From Picochlorum sp. SENEW3 (lineage: Eukaryota): DNA of 64,000 bases. Shown one piece after another: positions 44,301 through 57,083 of the stretch (positions are counted from its first letter, which is position 1; each line of letters begins with the position of its first letter). Both the position numbers and the translations under genes were made by a program. Location of the stretch: contig CP120453.1 of the NCBI GenBank assembly GCA_034226945.1, forward strand, positions 248,001 through 312,000. Direction: 5' to 3'. The notes under the pieces were generated by a model. The model was not told the DNA's origin and did no database searches. It saw nothing but the letters and a program-made list of their open reading frames with translations.

Positions 44301-46092
44301 TCGAGTCAAATTGTGACACTAAGTGATTCATATAATCTTTCTTTGTTTTTAATTGTGCAGTCTGCGATTGAACACATTGCGAGAGATTGTATGCAGAATA
44401 ACTGAAGGCCTCAAGACCAGGTTCCATGAAAATCGAGGAAAGATCTCAGCCGAAGCTTCTCGCATTTTGGAGGGAGCTTGCGACGAGAAAATGGAATGTA
44501 TAGATAGTAAATTTGGATTATGGGATATACTGTTGACAAAGATCGACGGATCTTTGGTAACCAGAGCAATAGCACAAGTCTCTCTCAAGAGCTCGATGTA
44601 TCTCAAATCTGCAAACCCTCTGTTGAAAAGGGTTTTTCATTATCCGTATATGACCTTAAGCATAGCATGTCGTAGATATTTGGGTAGAAGAGTACTTTTG
44701 GCATGTGAGGTAGCCATAGAATATCATCTGGCATTGAACTCGAGTTCTCATGTTAACTGGGTAAGACAGCAGGGAGAATACACCTTACCTCTGCTGGAGG
44801 AAATTGAACGTGAATCACAGCGATCGTACGATTTCATCATTCATAAAGAAATTGAAGCTCCGGATACATTTAGAGCTATCCAATCATATCGCGGGGCCAT
44901 CATTGTGATGAAAAAGATGCAAGATTTCATCCATGAGATCCATGCTCAAGGTATCATCAACGAACGGGAACGCCGTTTCGTCAACGAAAAGTTGGCTAAA
45001 AATCTACAGCGACTTGAAGTTATTGGTCCTGTATGGAGACCTCCAGGTTACAAGGAGAGTGTATGGATGCTCAGGCCGTTTTCAATGTTGAAGAAAGATG
45101 TATTTGACGAAATATGGGAAAGGGGCCTTATTTCGGAGTGCAAGCCTGGGGATATCCTGTTCAACGCACATGATGATGTATCAGCTGATAAAAAGCAGGG
45201 TATAATATACATCTTGAACGGAATGGCAAAGCGACAGCGAGCATTGAATTCCATAGAGAGTGTGAAATTCTGTGGCTTTGGGTCGTGCTTTGGTGTACTG
45301 CAAGCACTTCCGCTGGCATCTCTGAGAGGGACAGAAAGTCTAGTAGCAGTCGGCAATGCATTGGGTAGAGGCCCTATCATCTTCAGAATTTCTCAGGAGG
45401 ATGTTGAAGAAATGTTGCTGCGAGCACAGAATGGGTCTAATGTATTTCTTCAGTTAGTCCAAGGCTGGATCGTAACTGCCTCTCTCCATGTATTTGAAGA
45501 TCTCGAGTCTCCCATAAGTCTGGAGATAATCAAGTATATGGAGAAATATAGTGTGAAAACTTTGTCAAAGAATCCTAGGCGACTCAGATCGCTATTTGCT
45601 GAGCAGAATCTGCATCCACGTGCATCTGACTGGCATGAAATCAACCTGAGGAACAGCATGAGCTTACAGCGTGTATTTTCTGAGGACTTTATTGGCGTGG
45701 ATAGCTCGCTTCCTGAGCCAGATGAGACATGTGAAGAATCAATGAATTTGGAAAGGGCGAGAATATGCGTACAAAAGATGGCACAGAGACTCAAGCAACA
45801 TCTTGATAAGGCAGAGGTGTTGCATTTTCACCAAGGTGACTCCCTGCGCCAAGATTGCACAGTGATTCTAATGCTAGGACATATAAAAGCAGATAAAAAG
45901 ATACAAGATGAAGAGCGGGATCCATCAGAGGAGAGTACTTTGAGGGCTCCAGCTGCCATACCATGGATGGCAGAAATTGACCATCAGGTCATCTGGGGTG
46001 AAGCCTCACATAGGTGGGTTGCACCACAGTCTTTTGTCACGTGGAAGGTGATTTCACAGAATGCCTTGGTGGTTCTGTATCCAAATTCCTGA
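41319..46092 (+). CDS. CPA1 Na+/H+ antiporter with long cytosolic tail, SOS1/NHX7-like; intron 44264-44360; start uncertain
   Basis: FLPP, APTDSLAV, LEGESLLNDA and WSGLRGAV motifs. The two ORFs join in frame through GTGCGT..TGCAG. The C-terminal region is cNMP-binding-like. Confidence 0.88.
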
Positions 46093-46468
46093 ATGACCAT
46101 TCCTAGGAATGAAGACCTTCACCAATATAATAGAAATAAGTAGTTCATCATCATTCATCCATCAAATTTCATGATGTAACTAGGAGTGATATCTCATTGC
46201 ACTGCCATGGCATCCCATCTGCACACTCTTCTCGTACAACAATCTGGCACGCTATACCAGACCTGGCCGTATTGCTACATATTTGCATGCATGCACACGC
46301 ATGGAGCCTGTCAGGGCGCGGCATTAGTCTCAGACTGGCCAGTCCATGGTACGGTACAACTGGTAGTACCACACTAATTAATTATTGGTGACACTTTGGC
46401 CTGTGTCTCATTATCCGTGTGTTTGTCACAAGCATGGGCACATTGTTTCATGAATTATATTATTTGTC

Positions 46469-47293
46469 TTGTTGAGTATGATTGGCATGCGTCAGAGACT
46501 TGCTGTGCGTCAATCTGCAATCACATTCCATTCAAATCCTTCCTTGTACCGACCTAGACTGTCAGGAAGCATCCCATATCCATTTAGATTTACTTGTACT
46601 ACATCAGAGTCACCGCTAGTCGTCAGATCTCAGGGAATGGGGCAGCAGGATGGGTTCTACCACGATCACTACGACCCAGAGGATGTGAATCATGCGTTGT
46701 TTCAGGATGTCTTGGAGAGTCATATAGGCGAAGATGGTGATATATGGATCTTTGGGTTTGGTTCTTTGCTTCATACGCCTGGCTTTGGGTATTCTGATGT
46801 GGTCAAGGGGTACATCAAGGGTTTCAAACGAGTGTGGTGGCAGGGGTCGACGGATCACAGGGGTACCGTGGAGCGTCCTGGACGGACTGTGACGTTGATT
46901 CGGGATGCGGATAGTGTCACATACGGTGTTGCGTATAAATTGGATGGGGATCTTGAGCAGCAGAAGGAGACACTCAAGTACTTGGAGTGGAGAGAAAAAC
47001 AGTATGATCACAGAGAATATGTTGATGTGTATGCTGCGGTGGAGGATGAGGAGCCAGTGTTGCGGGAGGTTTTATGTTATATTGCAACGGATAATACAGA
47101 GGCGAATCCGAATTATTTGGGGCCGGCATCCATGGAGGCCCTGGCTGTACAGATTGCAGGTGCTGTTGGGCCCAGTGGTCCAAACTCAGAGTATTTATTC
47201 AAGATGGAGGAAGCTCTACAGCATGTTCGAGAGTCTGATGAGGAATTGTTTGTGTTGGCTGATCGTGTACGGGATATCTTGCGAGACGAGTGA
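46469..47293 (+). CDS. ChaC-like gamma-glutamylcyclotransferase
   Basis: WIFGFGSL, QGSTDHRGT..PGRTVTL, YLEWREK and GPSGPNSEYL motifs. Confidence 0.93.
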   Translation: MLSMIGMRQRLAVRQSAITFHSNPSLYRPRLSGSIPYPFRFTCTTSESPLVVRSQGMGQQDGFYHDHYDPEDVNHALFQDVLESHIGEDGDIWIFGFGSLLHTPGFGYSDVVKGYIKGFKRVWWQGSTDHRGTVERPGRTVTLIRDADSVTYGVAYKLDGDLEQQKETLKYLEWREKQYDHREYVDVYAAVEDEEPVLREVLCYIATDNTEANPNYLGPASMEALAVQIAGAVGPSGPNSEYLFKMEEALQHVRESDEELFVLADRVRDILRDE

Positions 47294-47312
47294 GGGTTAC
47301 ATGTGATTTGTT

Positions 47313-48129
47313 TTAATTCCTATCCTGTGATCCAAGGATTCTCAAAATATGCATAAACAGGTTGATGATATCCAAATACAGGGCAACTGATCCCCAAATA
47401 TATTCATCTACATCCAATTTTGCTGCCAAAAGGTGGACGTCAAAGACGATGTATCCACAGAAAATGAGCGCTCCTATGAGAGAGTAGATCATCTGGCCAA
47501 CTGGCCCAGGGGTGAAGAATATCTGAATAAAGCCCCAAATAACAAGCGCCCAGAGGGCGCTGAATAACATTGGAGCCATCCATGTGAACTCCACACCGCG
47601 TTTTGTCGCCCAGAATGTGTATGCTGTCAGTCCACCAACAACACATGCGGTGATGAAAATGGCTTGAGCCACAATGACTGGAGCATAGAATGTGCATGAG
47701 ATACCCACCGTGACACCAAATGTTGACGTCCATAGACCTAGGAGAATAAGATTGACAGGGTGCCTGTCTTTATACATGTAAAGTGGAATCAAACCAACAA
47801 GGCTGACAACTGCCAAGAGTATAGGCAGCCACAGTGAGGTGGCCAGGTATTGCTGAGCACTTGGGCTCATGATGATACCTGTCGCCACAACTGCAGTCAG
47901 CAAAAGCTGGAGAGATACTATACCGAATACTTTACGGATGAATCTGCACAGATGAGTCATGACATGTCAAACACACACGTCCTACAGACAGTTTGTTCTT
48001 CAATGCGGCATACCCCAAGCGTAATATTTGCTCTGTTTCTCCAATACCTGGGTATAATCCAGATTCAATGTCCGACCGCTCCCCCCCTTTGGAGGAACCC
48101 CAAAGAGGAAAATACGTTGCAGAGGACAT
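47313..48129 (-). CDS. Bax inhibitor-1/Lifeguard (GAAP/LFG-like) protein; intron 47944-48013
   Basis: Splicing gives DIESGLYPG..LRLG|FIRKVFGI; HPVNL and DEYIWGSVALYLDIINLF motifs. Confidence 0.9.
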
Positions 48130-48331
48130 CGTTGGTGTCGTCGAGTGCCTCGTGTACTTCTACTCGAATGATTAAATAAAATGAATTACATATTTTATTT
48201 GCCAATGGTACAAGAGTCATTGCGGAGACATGAACGAACACAAGTATCTATTTAAGAAGATTGTTGCTGAGGAAAATGCTGGAGACATCATTCTTGGGAA
48301 GCGAAAAAGTAGCAGTACTGTCGCATATATA

Positions 48332-48992
48332 TCAGCAGATGTGTTCTACCTGTCCAGTCTCCACATGATACAAGAGACCAGTGATTTTAGTGCCTGGGTT
48401 GATGAGTTTGCAGTTCTTCAGCTTGTCCACATCTTCCGAGACACTGGCTCGTGCACTTGTGCACGTGAGAAAGTCCAGATGGGAGGCATCTTCTCCAAGA
48501 TTCTTCTGAATGAGATCCACAACATCTTGGTTGGTGCGTCCTTCGACGCCGCATTGTGTGTGGTGCATGACAAAGATTTCTTCAGTGCCCATAAGCTGCT
48601 GGGTCATTGTGAAGGATCGTATCGCATCGTCCGACACTCGGCCGCCAGCGTTGCGGAAAATATGGCATTCACCAATACTGAGACCCAGAGCATCGTATGG
48701 AACAAGTCGGGCGTCAATGCACGTCAGAATGAATGTCCTGCATAGTACCACAACAATGGTCAACACACAGCCGTGTAGTAGACTTTTGATTTTTCGAGAC
48801 ACGCGTATGAGGATATATCATGCCCGAAAATTGGTGCATTGTCCACAAAACAAATATTCATTGGCATGGAATTGGCCGGAATCGCACGTACTTTCTCGAT
48901 GGTGGTGCTGGTAGGGAGCCGTTGTCACCAAACTTGTCCATATAGGACTTGTTTGCCTCAAGGAAGCTCTCCAAATTCGATGACTTCGCCAT
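48332..48992 (-). CDS. Beta-carbonic anhydrase, clade D-like; exons 48892-48992 and 48332-48737
   Basis: Spliced 168 aa: MAKSS..ANKSY..LPAPPSRK|TFILTCIDARL, RNAGG, HHTQCG (Zn ligands), YHVETG. Confidence 0.88.
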
Positions 48993-49068
48993 TGCTCCGG
49001 ATGTTATTTCTGATGAAACTGTATATTCTTCAAATTACGTTGAATAAAAAGTAACATTGAATCGGAAT

Positions 49069-49112
49069 CTCTACAACAGGACCCAAGGCCCCAGGGGGCG
49101 GAGCCCTAGGGC
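49069..49112. repeat. Short GC-rich dispersed element related to 910-944
   Basis: CTCTACAACAGG..GGCCCCAGGGGGCGGAGCCCTAGGGC. Confidence 0.5.
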
Positions 49113-49227
49113 CGGACGTCAGGCCTGCATGCAGGGACATTGCTTACTCCTCGTACTACTATGCAGTCACGAGGCGAATCCTCTTTACAGATATAGATAG
49201 ATAGATACAAAGGGTAATGTAATGTTT

Positions 49228-50337
49228 TTACTCGAGCATGTTGGCCATCTCATTGTAAAAGGCAGAGAAATCCCTGTCGTGGTCTTGCATGGCTCTCAGG
49301 AGGATTCCCTCATGAGACGTTGGCACCATGCTGGCGACAGCCGCATGACCCAACGCAGCATGCTCTGCTTCTCCCTCGGCATGGACTTCCAAAAACAACC
49401 ACTCGCTCAGTGGACGTCCCTGTGGCTCCAAAACGCGAGCATTGAGCTCACGAAATGAGTCAAGCATCCATGTCTTTTCATAGTCGGCCAAATATTCAAT
49501 GGCAAGGTTGTACCCGAGAGCGTACGAGGAAAGCTCTACCGGCCCATGAATACCTTCCGGTGCACTCAAATCTCTCATCATTTGGTCAAAGAGGATCTTT
49601 GAAAAGTGTGGCTCTGGGTTCTTGGACAGAACAGTCTCCAGAGGCTGCTTCATCAAGTCTGCATAAAAGAGAGAAAACAGCTCACGGTGTGTTTTCGCCT
49701 GTGGCTCACCATTATGCATTCCATACTCTCCAGCCAATGGCTGAATCAAATTCTTCAACGCGTTGTCCCTGTGAACGTAATCAGTCTTCCCTATAGTGCT
49801 CTGCACTCTGAGAAGGACTGCAGTGAATGCTGGATTGAATGACTCCAAGTTGTACGCAAGCTCATTCATGACGGGAGCGAGTTTCTCTTCCCACGACTCT
49901 GCTGGAAGACCAGAGAGAAGAGAGTTAAAGCGACGGAGGGCAGCAACGGATGACCCATTATCCAACACACTCTGCAAACCAGGAACATGCGTGTCAGTCT
50001 ACACGGGTTTTTTACCGAATACACCAATGTCGTCCAATCAACATACCTCCAATGTGCGGATGCTCTCTCTCGTTATGAGTCCCTCGGATGCATCGCGAAT
50101 ACCTGCATAATACAACATGTATTTCGGGTCAAACGAAAGGCTCACGACACAATCACGGATGTGCAGAAGCGATCGCAGCTTCCACCCCGCCAACACAACA
50201 ACATGATAAACTCTGTCAACATGGCACCATCATGTACGATCGATCGATACAATTATACCTGTTGTTCCAATCTCCACTGGCACTGTGTCGGATGCAGAAG
50301 CTCTTGCTTTGGTGAAACGAGCATGTACCTGTGCCAT
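49228..50337 (-). CDS. Heme-oxygenase-like diiron (HDO/PqqC/CADD-like) enzyme; introns about 49973-50046 and 50103-50258
   Basis: All-helical protein with GEYG..THRELF, YNLAIEY and FLEVHAEGEAEH metal-ligand pattern. Upstream exons MAQVHARF..GTT|GIRDAS..TLE splice in frame. Confidence 0.65.
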
Positions 50338-50543
50338 TAAATTACATTACAGTTTCATACTGATTCGAATTTTCACAGTGCATTGAGCAAAAGGCGACAG
50401 CATACCTTGACTCCGACAGGTTGTGTGCGGGGACAGGACGAGACTGGAGTTGCTCGAGTTAATGCAATCATCGTTGTTTCCAATTGGATCAATTATAATT
50501 TATTATAAATTTTCATGAAACCCTACGCCCATCGCACTCGTAT

Positions 50544-51387
50544 CTACCCAGTCCTAAGAATCAAGTGGATGCCACTGCCTGAATGCACAGGGCCGCTGAG
50601 CTCTCCAACGTCGAGGCTGTACGTCGCATCCTCGAATTCCTTCTGCATTTCACCGGGACCAAACCAACCCAAATCGCCTCCCCTCTTGGCAGAAGAACAA
50701 TCGCTTTCTGTGGATGCTAGCTGGGCAAAATCACATGCCTGCGTAATAATCTGCTCCCTGTATTTATGAATCATTTCCAGTGCTTCCTCTGGACTGCGAG
50801 TGATGGTCGCTTGCTTCCAACTGCTTGGCCTTCTACTATTTGTATGTTTGACAAGAAGATGAGAAGCCCTCACCTTGCTGCTCCGCTGCTCAACTTGTGG
50901 CTGTTCCTGTTGTTGGGTGCCTCCTTGTATCTCATAACACGAGGGTCCAATTTCTATCCGTGTGCCTGGATGACATGAAACTGGTTTATTCGCTGGGATC
51001 CTGTCCCCGTTCACCGAAACACCATTCCGTGAGGCCAGATCGATGACGAAACAACGGCCATCCTCGTGCCATACGAGTGCCGCATGCCTTTGGGATACAT
51101 CCGGATGTTCAACAACAAAATCCAAACCCATAGATGGATTACGACCGAACAGGTAGTAGGATTTATCTTCGATCGGCACCTCAGGCGACCCTGAAGATGT
51201 ATCAACGAGGGTCCAACCCTGTCGCTTTTCTCTCGGTGGCACTCTCGCCCACTGTAGATATAACAATTGTTTTTAAATTCGTAAGAAATACATGGTTTGC
51301 AAAGGTTTCAGCATTCCATGGGCAAGTTTGCTTTCGTTCAATTCGAGGAGTCTTGAAGCATACCTGTGGGGGAGAGAATGAAGCCAT
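50544..51387 (-). CDS. FHA domain + parvulin (Pin1/Ess1-type) peptidyl-prolyl isomerase; intron 51252-51363
   Basis: FHA motifs FGR, VSQRHA and DLASRNG; PPIase motifs [29 protein letters not shown] and SGIHLI. Confidence 0.9.
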
Positions 51388-51872
51388 TCTCGCAGTTGCA
51401 ATCGATTCACACACTTTTTAGGAGAATAACGAAATGGTATGCATCGTCAACAGACGTGCAACGATGTACTAGAAGATGCACAATTGATCCGAGTGAGAGA
51501 GGATGACATAGTCCCGTTCAAAGCATCCGTTTGATGGGCAGTGAACGAATTTGGCGGTGGCTCACCTACTCTCGAATCAATCGAATCTTTCCCGTACAAT
51601 TTTTCCAGGTCGAGCAACGGCTGATGAAGCCACGTTGACTTTCCTCCAAGTGCATTCTATTTCATTATTTCATCACATTTTTCTACAAGAGTATATCTTT
51701 TTGAGATTTTCACATTTGAGGACACTTTCAGCATTCATAAAGATGGCATTCTTGTTCGCAAAGCTGACTACGGATACGTCTCCGGACCCAACGCGTGAGA
51801 CGAACTTGACCTGGTGCGCTCATACCACCGATGTTTTGATCGTATTTGATTTATTTGATACAGTATCGAACA

Positions 51873-52661
51873 ATGACATCTCACATTGTGGTTGTACACA
51901 CTTGTTGTAGGGTTGAGGCACCTGACCTAGCCGGGAAACAGGCCCGTCAAGATGAGAGGCATCTGGCGCCTTGCAGCGACGAGGTTGACGGTGCAGACGA
52001 GGTGCACTATGAGATGGTGGAGGATGCGTCATCTGATGAGTCCATCGAACCCCCAGGATGGTTGCATTCATTGTGTGAAACCGAGTTTTTCGAGCCCTGT
52101 GCCATGCATCCAAATCTTTCCAAGAACAAATGCGTGTTTTTCTGTGTGGGATGCTCTCCAGGTGGGCGAGTCATGTGCAGGCATTGCCTCGAGGATCATG
52201 ACTGCCATGGTTGCACACTCTTCCAGATTCGCCGATATATGTACAAAGATGTTGTGCATGTGGCTGACATAAGCAAGTTTTGTGACGTCTCAGCGGTCCA
52301 AGCGTACTGTATTAATCAGAAGAGAGCTGTGCTTCTCAGAGGAAAGACAGTAGAACAGGGCAGTGGTGCACCAACGTTTGAAACGAAATGCGCCACATGC
52401 AGGATTCCTCTTCGTCCAGATTGCACATATTGTTCTCTCGAATGCAGGATTGAGGACTGTATCAGTCCAAGGACGCCCAAAGCCTCAAAGTATTGCAAGC
52501 ATGTGTGTTGTTCTTCCTCTTCTGGTGATTCCAGTGATGATTCTGGGAGTACCCAGCAGGTTTCTCTCAGGAACAAGAGAGAGAGGCAAGTTCAGAGCCG
52601 ATATAGGCCCTATACTCGGAGAAGAAAGGCCGCGTTCCCCTTGAGAAGTCCTTTTCTGTAA
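51873..52661 (+). CDS. PLATZ zinc-binding transcription factor
   Basis: PGWL..FF.PC..H, FCVGC, QIRRYMYKDVV, VQAYCIN and YCSLEC motifs; terminal RRRK..P.RSP. Confidence 0.9.
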   Translation: MTSHIVVVHTCCRVEAPDLAGKQARQDERHLAPCSDEVDGADEVHYEMVEDASSDESIEPPGWLHSLCETEFFEPCAMHPNLSKNKCVFFCVGCSPGGRVMCRHCLEDHDCHGCTLFQIRRYMYKDVVHVADISKFCDVSAVQAYCINQKRAVLLRGKTVEQGSGAPTFETKCATCRIPLRPDCTYCSLECRIEDCISPRTPKASKYCKHVCCSSSSGDSSDDSGSTQQVSLRNKRERQVQSRYRPYTRRRKAAFPLRSPFL

Positions 52662-53038
52662 GCATGGAATTTTTTTCTCCGTGCTCGATTTTGTGCGTTC
52701 CGCCTACTATGATGATTTCACCAGTTGCAAAAGCCATTTCGGCTATAACCAATGCATAAGCGTTGATGCGTCTATGGGGACAATTTTCCAGGTCCTCTGG
52801 GCAAGATTTGCAACCCCATGACAATTTGATTTTGAAACCGTGATGAACCAACCAGGCAGAATGGTTGGTTTTATAATATTTCATGTTCTTGATATTCATT
52901 TCGCATACATGTCTTCGATATTTGTTCAAGCCTTTCATTTCGCATACATAAAGCATTTTACTAATTTAATATCTATGAAATACATACAGCAACAAAAGAA
53001 GAGAGACCATTCCTTGTGAAAGAATACTGTAGAAGAGC

Positions 53039-55117
53039 CTAGCGTCTGGAGAACCTGCTTCCTCGGCCACCTCGTGATGAGCCACCACGAGGTCCGCGAT
53101 TCCCTCCATAGCCACCACTTCCTTGGTGCCAGCCACCTCCAGAGTTGTTATTCCTCTGATATCCTCCCCTTCCTCCGTATCCAGAGCTTTCCATTGGCCT
53201 CGCCTTGAGCTGTGGAAGTGAAGAAGGCTCAATCAGCCTTGAGGTGCCTTCCTCACCACCACACTTTTCAAGGAACTCTTCCTTCAGATGGGTGGGGACA
53301 TCAAATACAGCGCCCATTCCATCCTCTGTGAGAGTCATTCGCTTCACTTCGTTCACCTTGTTCTCATCTTCAATTCTGCGGCGAAGGAAACCGAAAACAA
53401 AGCCTGCCTTGTCAAAGGCAAAATGATTCTGAAACTGGAGCGTCACACAATCATCATGAGCCGTCAGTAAAGATCGCTCTTTCATATCTTTATGACCTGT
53501 TATTTTGGCCAAGGCAGCTGCCAATGCATCTTCAGGAGAGTCGGCATTTTCAAGGAATTTTGCCGCCGCTCCTCTGAAATGAGCAATAGCTGTCTGTGAC
53601 ACTGTGCTTAGGGACTCAATTGCCCTCTGTGCAGAAATTTCGGCAATGTCTGCTGGTTGTGGAGCACTAATGCGCTCAAACGTCAAACCTGCTTTCTTCT
53701 GTATGTATGGAATCAAGCCCTCTTTCCTGCGATCAACCAATGTGATGGAAATTCCTGTGCTTCCTGCTCGCCCTGTCCTTCCAGAGCGATGAATATATGT
53801 CTCTGGATCTTTCGGTGGCTCTACTTGAATCACAAGCTCAACATTTTTGATGTCTAGCCCACGAGCTGCGACGTCTGTGGCGACAAGAACATTAAACTTG
53901 CCTCCCCTGAATCCTTGCAGTGTCTGCTCTCGTGTGCTCTGAGGAATATCCCCATGGAGAGCTCTGGCCCCTGACCCTTCAGAAAGAGTCTGCGTAAGCT
54001 CATTCGCATCCTTTTTCGTCTCTGTAAACACAATAGTCCTTCCACCGGCACCGTAGCATTTGACCAACTCGCTCACAAGAGTAGAACGTTGACTCCAATG
54101 ACTTGGCAGAAGCAAATGTTTCACCGAATTTGATGCCTTCATTACTTCTGAACCAACCAAATCAATAGTGACATGATCATTCTTCAAGAACCTCCTTTTC
54201 ACATCCTGCACCCATGGAGGCAGTGTGGCAGAAAACAACAGTGTCTGAACAGTGTCAGCATTCACATTGGCCGTCAGAATTGTTTCCACATCTTCAACAA
54301 ATCCCATGTTCAACATCTCATCACATTCATCGAGCACTCTGAACTTCAAATCTTTCAAATTCAAAGATCCACGTTCGATATGGTCCTTCACCCTTCCCGG
54401 CGTTCCAATCACAATATCAAGACCCCTGCGCAATGCTCCCTCTTGTGGCCCATACGGTGTTCCTCCATACAAGCAGATTGTGTTGAGTGATGCAGCCTTG
54501 GCAAAATGCTCAAAATCCGCCGCCACTTGCTTCGCAAGCTCACGTGTTGGAGCAAGAACCACAACAGATGGATTCCTTCCGTACGGACGTCTGCCCTGAT
54601 GCCCATCCTTGGCCAAACTCTCAACAATCGGCAAGACAAATGCCAGCGTTTTACCGCACCCAGTGCGAGCACGCCCCACCAAATCCTTTCCATTCAGCAG
54701 AGGCTCAAGACACTTTGCTTGGATAGAAAACAGCGTTTCAATGCCCTTCTCGCGCAAAAGAGACTTCAACGGGGCAGAGAGATTGAAGTTATCGAGACTC
54801 AGTGGGTCCACTGCTTCAACAGCGGGTATCGTCGCATTGCTTTTTGTCTGCTCAGATGCCTCACTACTTGACGTTGGAGTAACATTTTTTGTATTAATTT
54901 CTGAAACAGAGGATGATTTGCTCTTTTTCTTCTTCTTACTCGGCTCGTCTGCATGTAGCATGCACGGACACATGTCAGAACGCCTATTCTCCCATCACAA
55001 TCACACACACAGACCATTTAATACATGATTTCACATACCTGATGATCTCTTACTCTTTCTCTTCTTGTCCTTGGAAGAAGAGGACTTTTTTGCTCTGTCT
55101 ACTTCACTTTTAGACAT
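53039..55117 (-). CDS. DEAD-box RNA helicase, DDX21/RH7 type; intron 54949-55038
   Basis: ARTGCGKT, PTRELA, DECD, SAT and HRSGRTGR motifs; GUCT-like domain and RGG tail. Confidence 0.93.
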
Positions 55118-55367
55118 GTTCTCTGGCAGTGTCGTCTACGAATGTCTTTACGAAATTACGAGAATGAAATTAACAATTACTGTCAATATAAGTTTGAATT
55201 GGAATGAGTTCTCCTGTTTTGATCCAGTGGATCAACAGTTCATTCTGCAGCCCCATGGCATGTGGGGCTGACTGCATCTAGATGACCTCGTGATCACACA
55301 GATACGTACTAGTAGGACTGCGGCGGGCCATTAAGTCAGTCATTTATGTCGTTATCTTGGTATATAC

Positions 55368-56990
55368 ATGATTACAATGAGGATGTCTTCGTGGAAATGC
55401 AAAGCGGCTTGTGGGACTCTCAGCCGTGGAAGGCTGTGTCACAGGAACACAAGGAACTATGGACAACCATTGCAGGTACATGATAGATACAAAAAATTTA
55501 TCGGTTTAGGGACGCGAGCGACCGTTGAGGATGCGACTGCGGGGTTGCAAGTCCCAGACTTGATGGACGAGGATGCAGACTTTTGTGGCGTAGACGGGAC
55601 CATTGTGGATCGAGATGCTCCATCGGATCGGGATTGGAATGGAAAGCAGTACCATATTCATACATTTGGTTGCCAGATGAATCTCGCGGATTCCGAGAGG
55701 ATGGCTGGAGTGTTGGAGGATATTGGCTACAGGTGTTCTACTGATCCATCGAATGCCGATGTGCTTATTTACAATACCTGCTCCATCAGAGAGAAGGCGG
55801 AGATGAAGCTGTATAGTGCACTGGGAAAGCAAGCGAAGCGGAAACGTCAGCACATGGGTGATTTGCAAATAGTTGTTGCTGGATGTGTGGGTGCACAGGA
55901 AGGAGAGGCACTGCTGCGAAGGGTGCCAGAGTTGGATGTGGTGATGGGCCCTCATCATGCGAACAGATTAGGAGATATTCTTGCTCAAGTAGAACAAGGG
56001 AACCAAGTCGTTGCTACGGAGCATATCGAAATCTCTGAGGATATCACACAAGCCAGAAGGGATTCTGACATTACTGCATGGGTGAATGTTATTTATGGAT
56101 GCAACGAAAAATGCACCTACTGTATCGTTCCATATACACGAGGTGCAGAACAGAGTCGAAAGCCTGAAGATATTAGGAGGGAAATGCTGGCCTTGGGTGA
56201 AGCAGGGTACAAGGAAGTGACTCTCTTGGGACAGAACATTGATGCCTATGGAAGGGATTTACCTGGATTTGCTGCAGATGGATCAGGAAGGAGGGCGAAC
56301 ACGTTTACAGATTTATTAAATTATGTTCATGATGTCCCAGGGATTGAAAGGATACGGTTTGCCACGTCCCACCCAAGGTATTTTACAGAGCGCTTGATCC
56401 GCTGCTGCTCTCAACTTGACAAACTCTGTGAGTTCTTCCATATCCCGTTCCAGAGCGGGGATGATCAAATTTTAAAGGAAATGGCACGAGGATACACGGC
56501 AGATAGATACAAAGAAATCATCAATTCCATCAGACGATACATGCCAGATGCCTCCATTTCTGGGGATGCTATTGTAGGCTTCCCAGGGGAAACTGAGGAG
56601 CAATTTGAACGCACAGTAGAACTGGTCAGAAGCGTAGGATTTGATAGAGTAAATACAGCAGCATATTCGCCAAGGCCTGGAACTCCAGCTGCCGTTCGCG
56701 ATGATCAAGTAGCAGACCTCATCAAGGCTGATCGTCTAAACAGGTTGAATGCAGTTGTGAATGAGATTGCCGAACGCCGAGCCCAAAGATTTGCAGACAG
56801 AGAACTTGAAGTTCTCGTCGAAGGTCCAAACAGTAGGAACACAGACCAAGCAATGGGAAGAACCAGGCACAATAAGATTATGTTTTTCAATGGAGATGGA
56901 AATGAATTGAAAGGGAAGCGAGTCATGGTCAAAGTAGAAGACGTAAAAGCGTACACATTGTATGGTACAATGACACAAATCTGTGACTAA
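55368..56990 (+). CDS. miaB: tRNA-i6A37 methylthiotransferase MiaB, organellar
   Basis: TFGCQMN, NTCSIRE and radical [12 protein letters not shown] motifs; IVGFPGET; C-terminal TRAM domain. Confidence 0.95.
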   Translation: MITMRMSSWKCKAACGTLSRGRLCHRNTRNYGQPLQVHDRYKKFIGLGTRATVEDATAGLQVPDLMDEDADFCGVDGTIVDRDAPSDRDWNGKQYHIHTFGCQMNLADSERMAGVLEDIGYRCSTDPSNADVLIYNTCSIREKAEMKLYSALGKQAKRKRQHMGDLQIVVAGCVGAQEGEALLRRVPELDVVMGPHHANRLGDILAQVEQGNQVVATEHIEISEDITQARRDSDITAWVNVIYGCNEKCTYCIVPYTRGAEQSRKPEDIRREMLALGEAGYKEVTLLGQNIDAYGRDLPGFAADGSGRRANTFTDLLNYVHDVPGIERIRFATSHPRYFTERLIRCCSQLDKLCEFFHIPFQSGDDQILKEMARGYTADRYKEIINSIRRYMPDASISGDAIVGFPGETEEQFERTVELVRSVGFDRVNTAAYSPRPGTPAAVRDDQVADLIKADRLNRLNAVVNEIAERRAQRFADRELEVLVEGPNSRNTDQAMGRTRHNKIMFFNGDGNELKGKRVMVKVEDVKAYTLYGTMTQICD

Positions 56991-57083
56991 TTTTCTTATG
57001 TAATGATACTGTATGAGTAGAGCACGAATCAGAGGAAATAGCGTCGGTTCATCGTGAGCGCATGTCAGTGGCATTGTCGCTGC

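Noticed and set aside
48940..48992. Suspected frameshift in the first exon of the beta-CA
   Set aside because: Re-reading gives TTC CTT GAG GCA in frame; the exon is intact.
6256..56990. Apparent functional clustering (three complex I genes; tRNA, exportin-t and MiaB; two TMBIM genes)
   Set aside because: The genes are interspersed with unrelated ones in a dense genome, so chance cannot be excluded.
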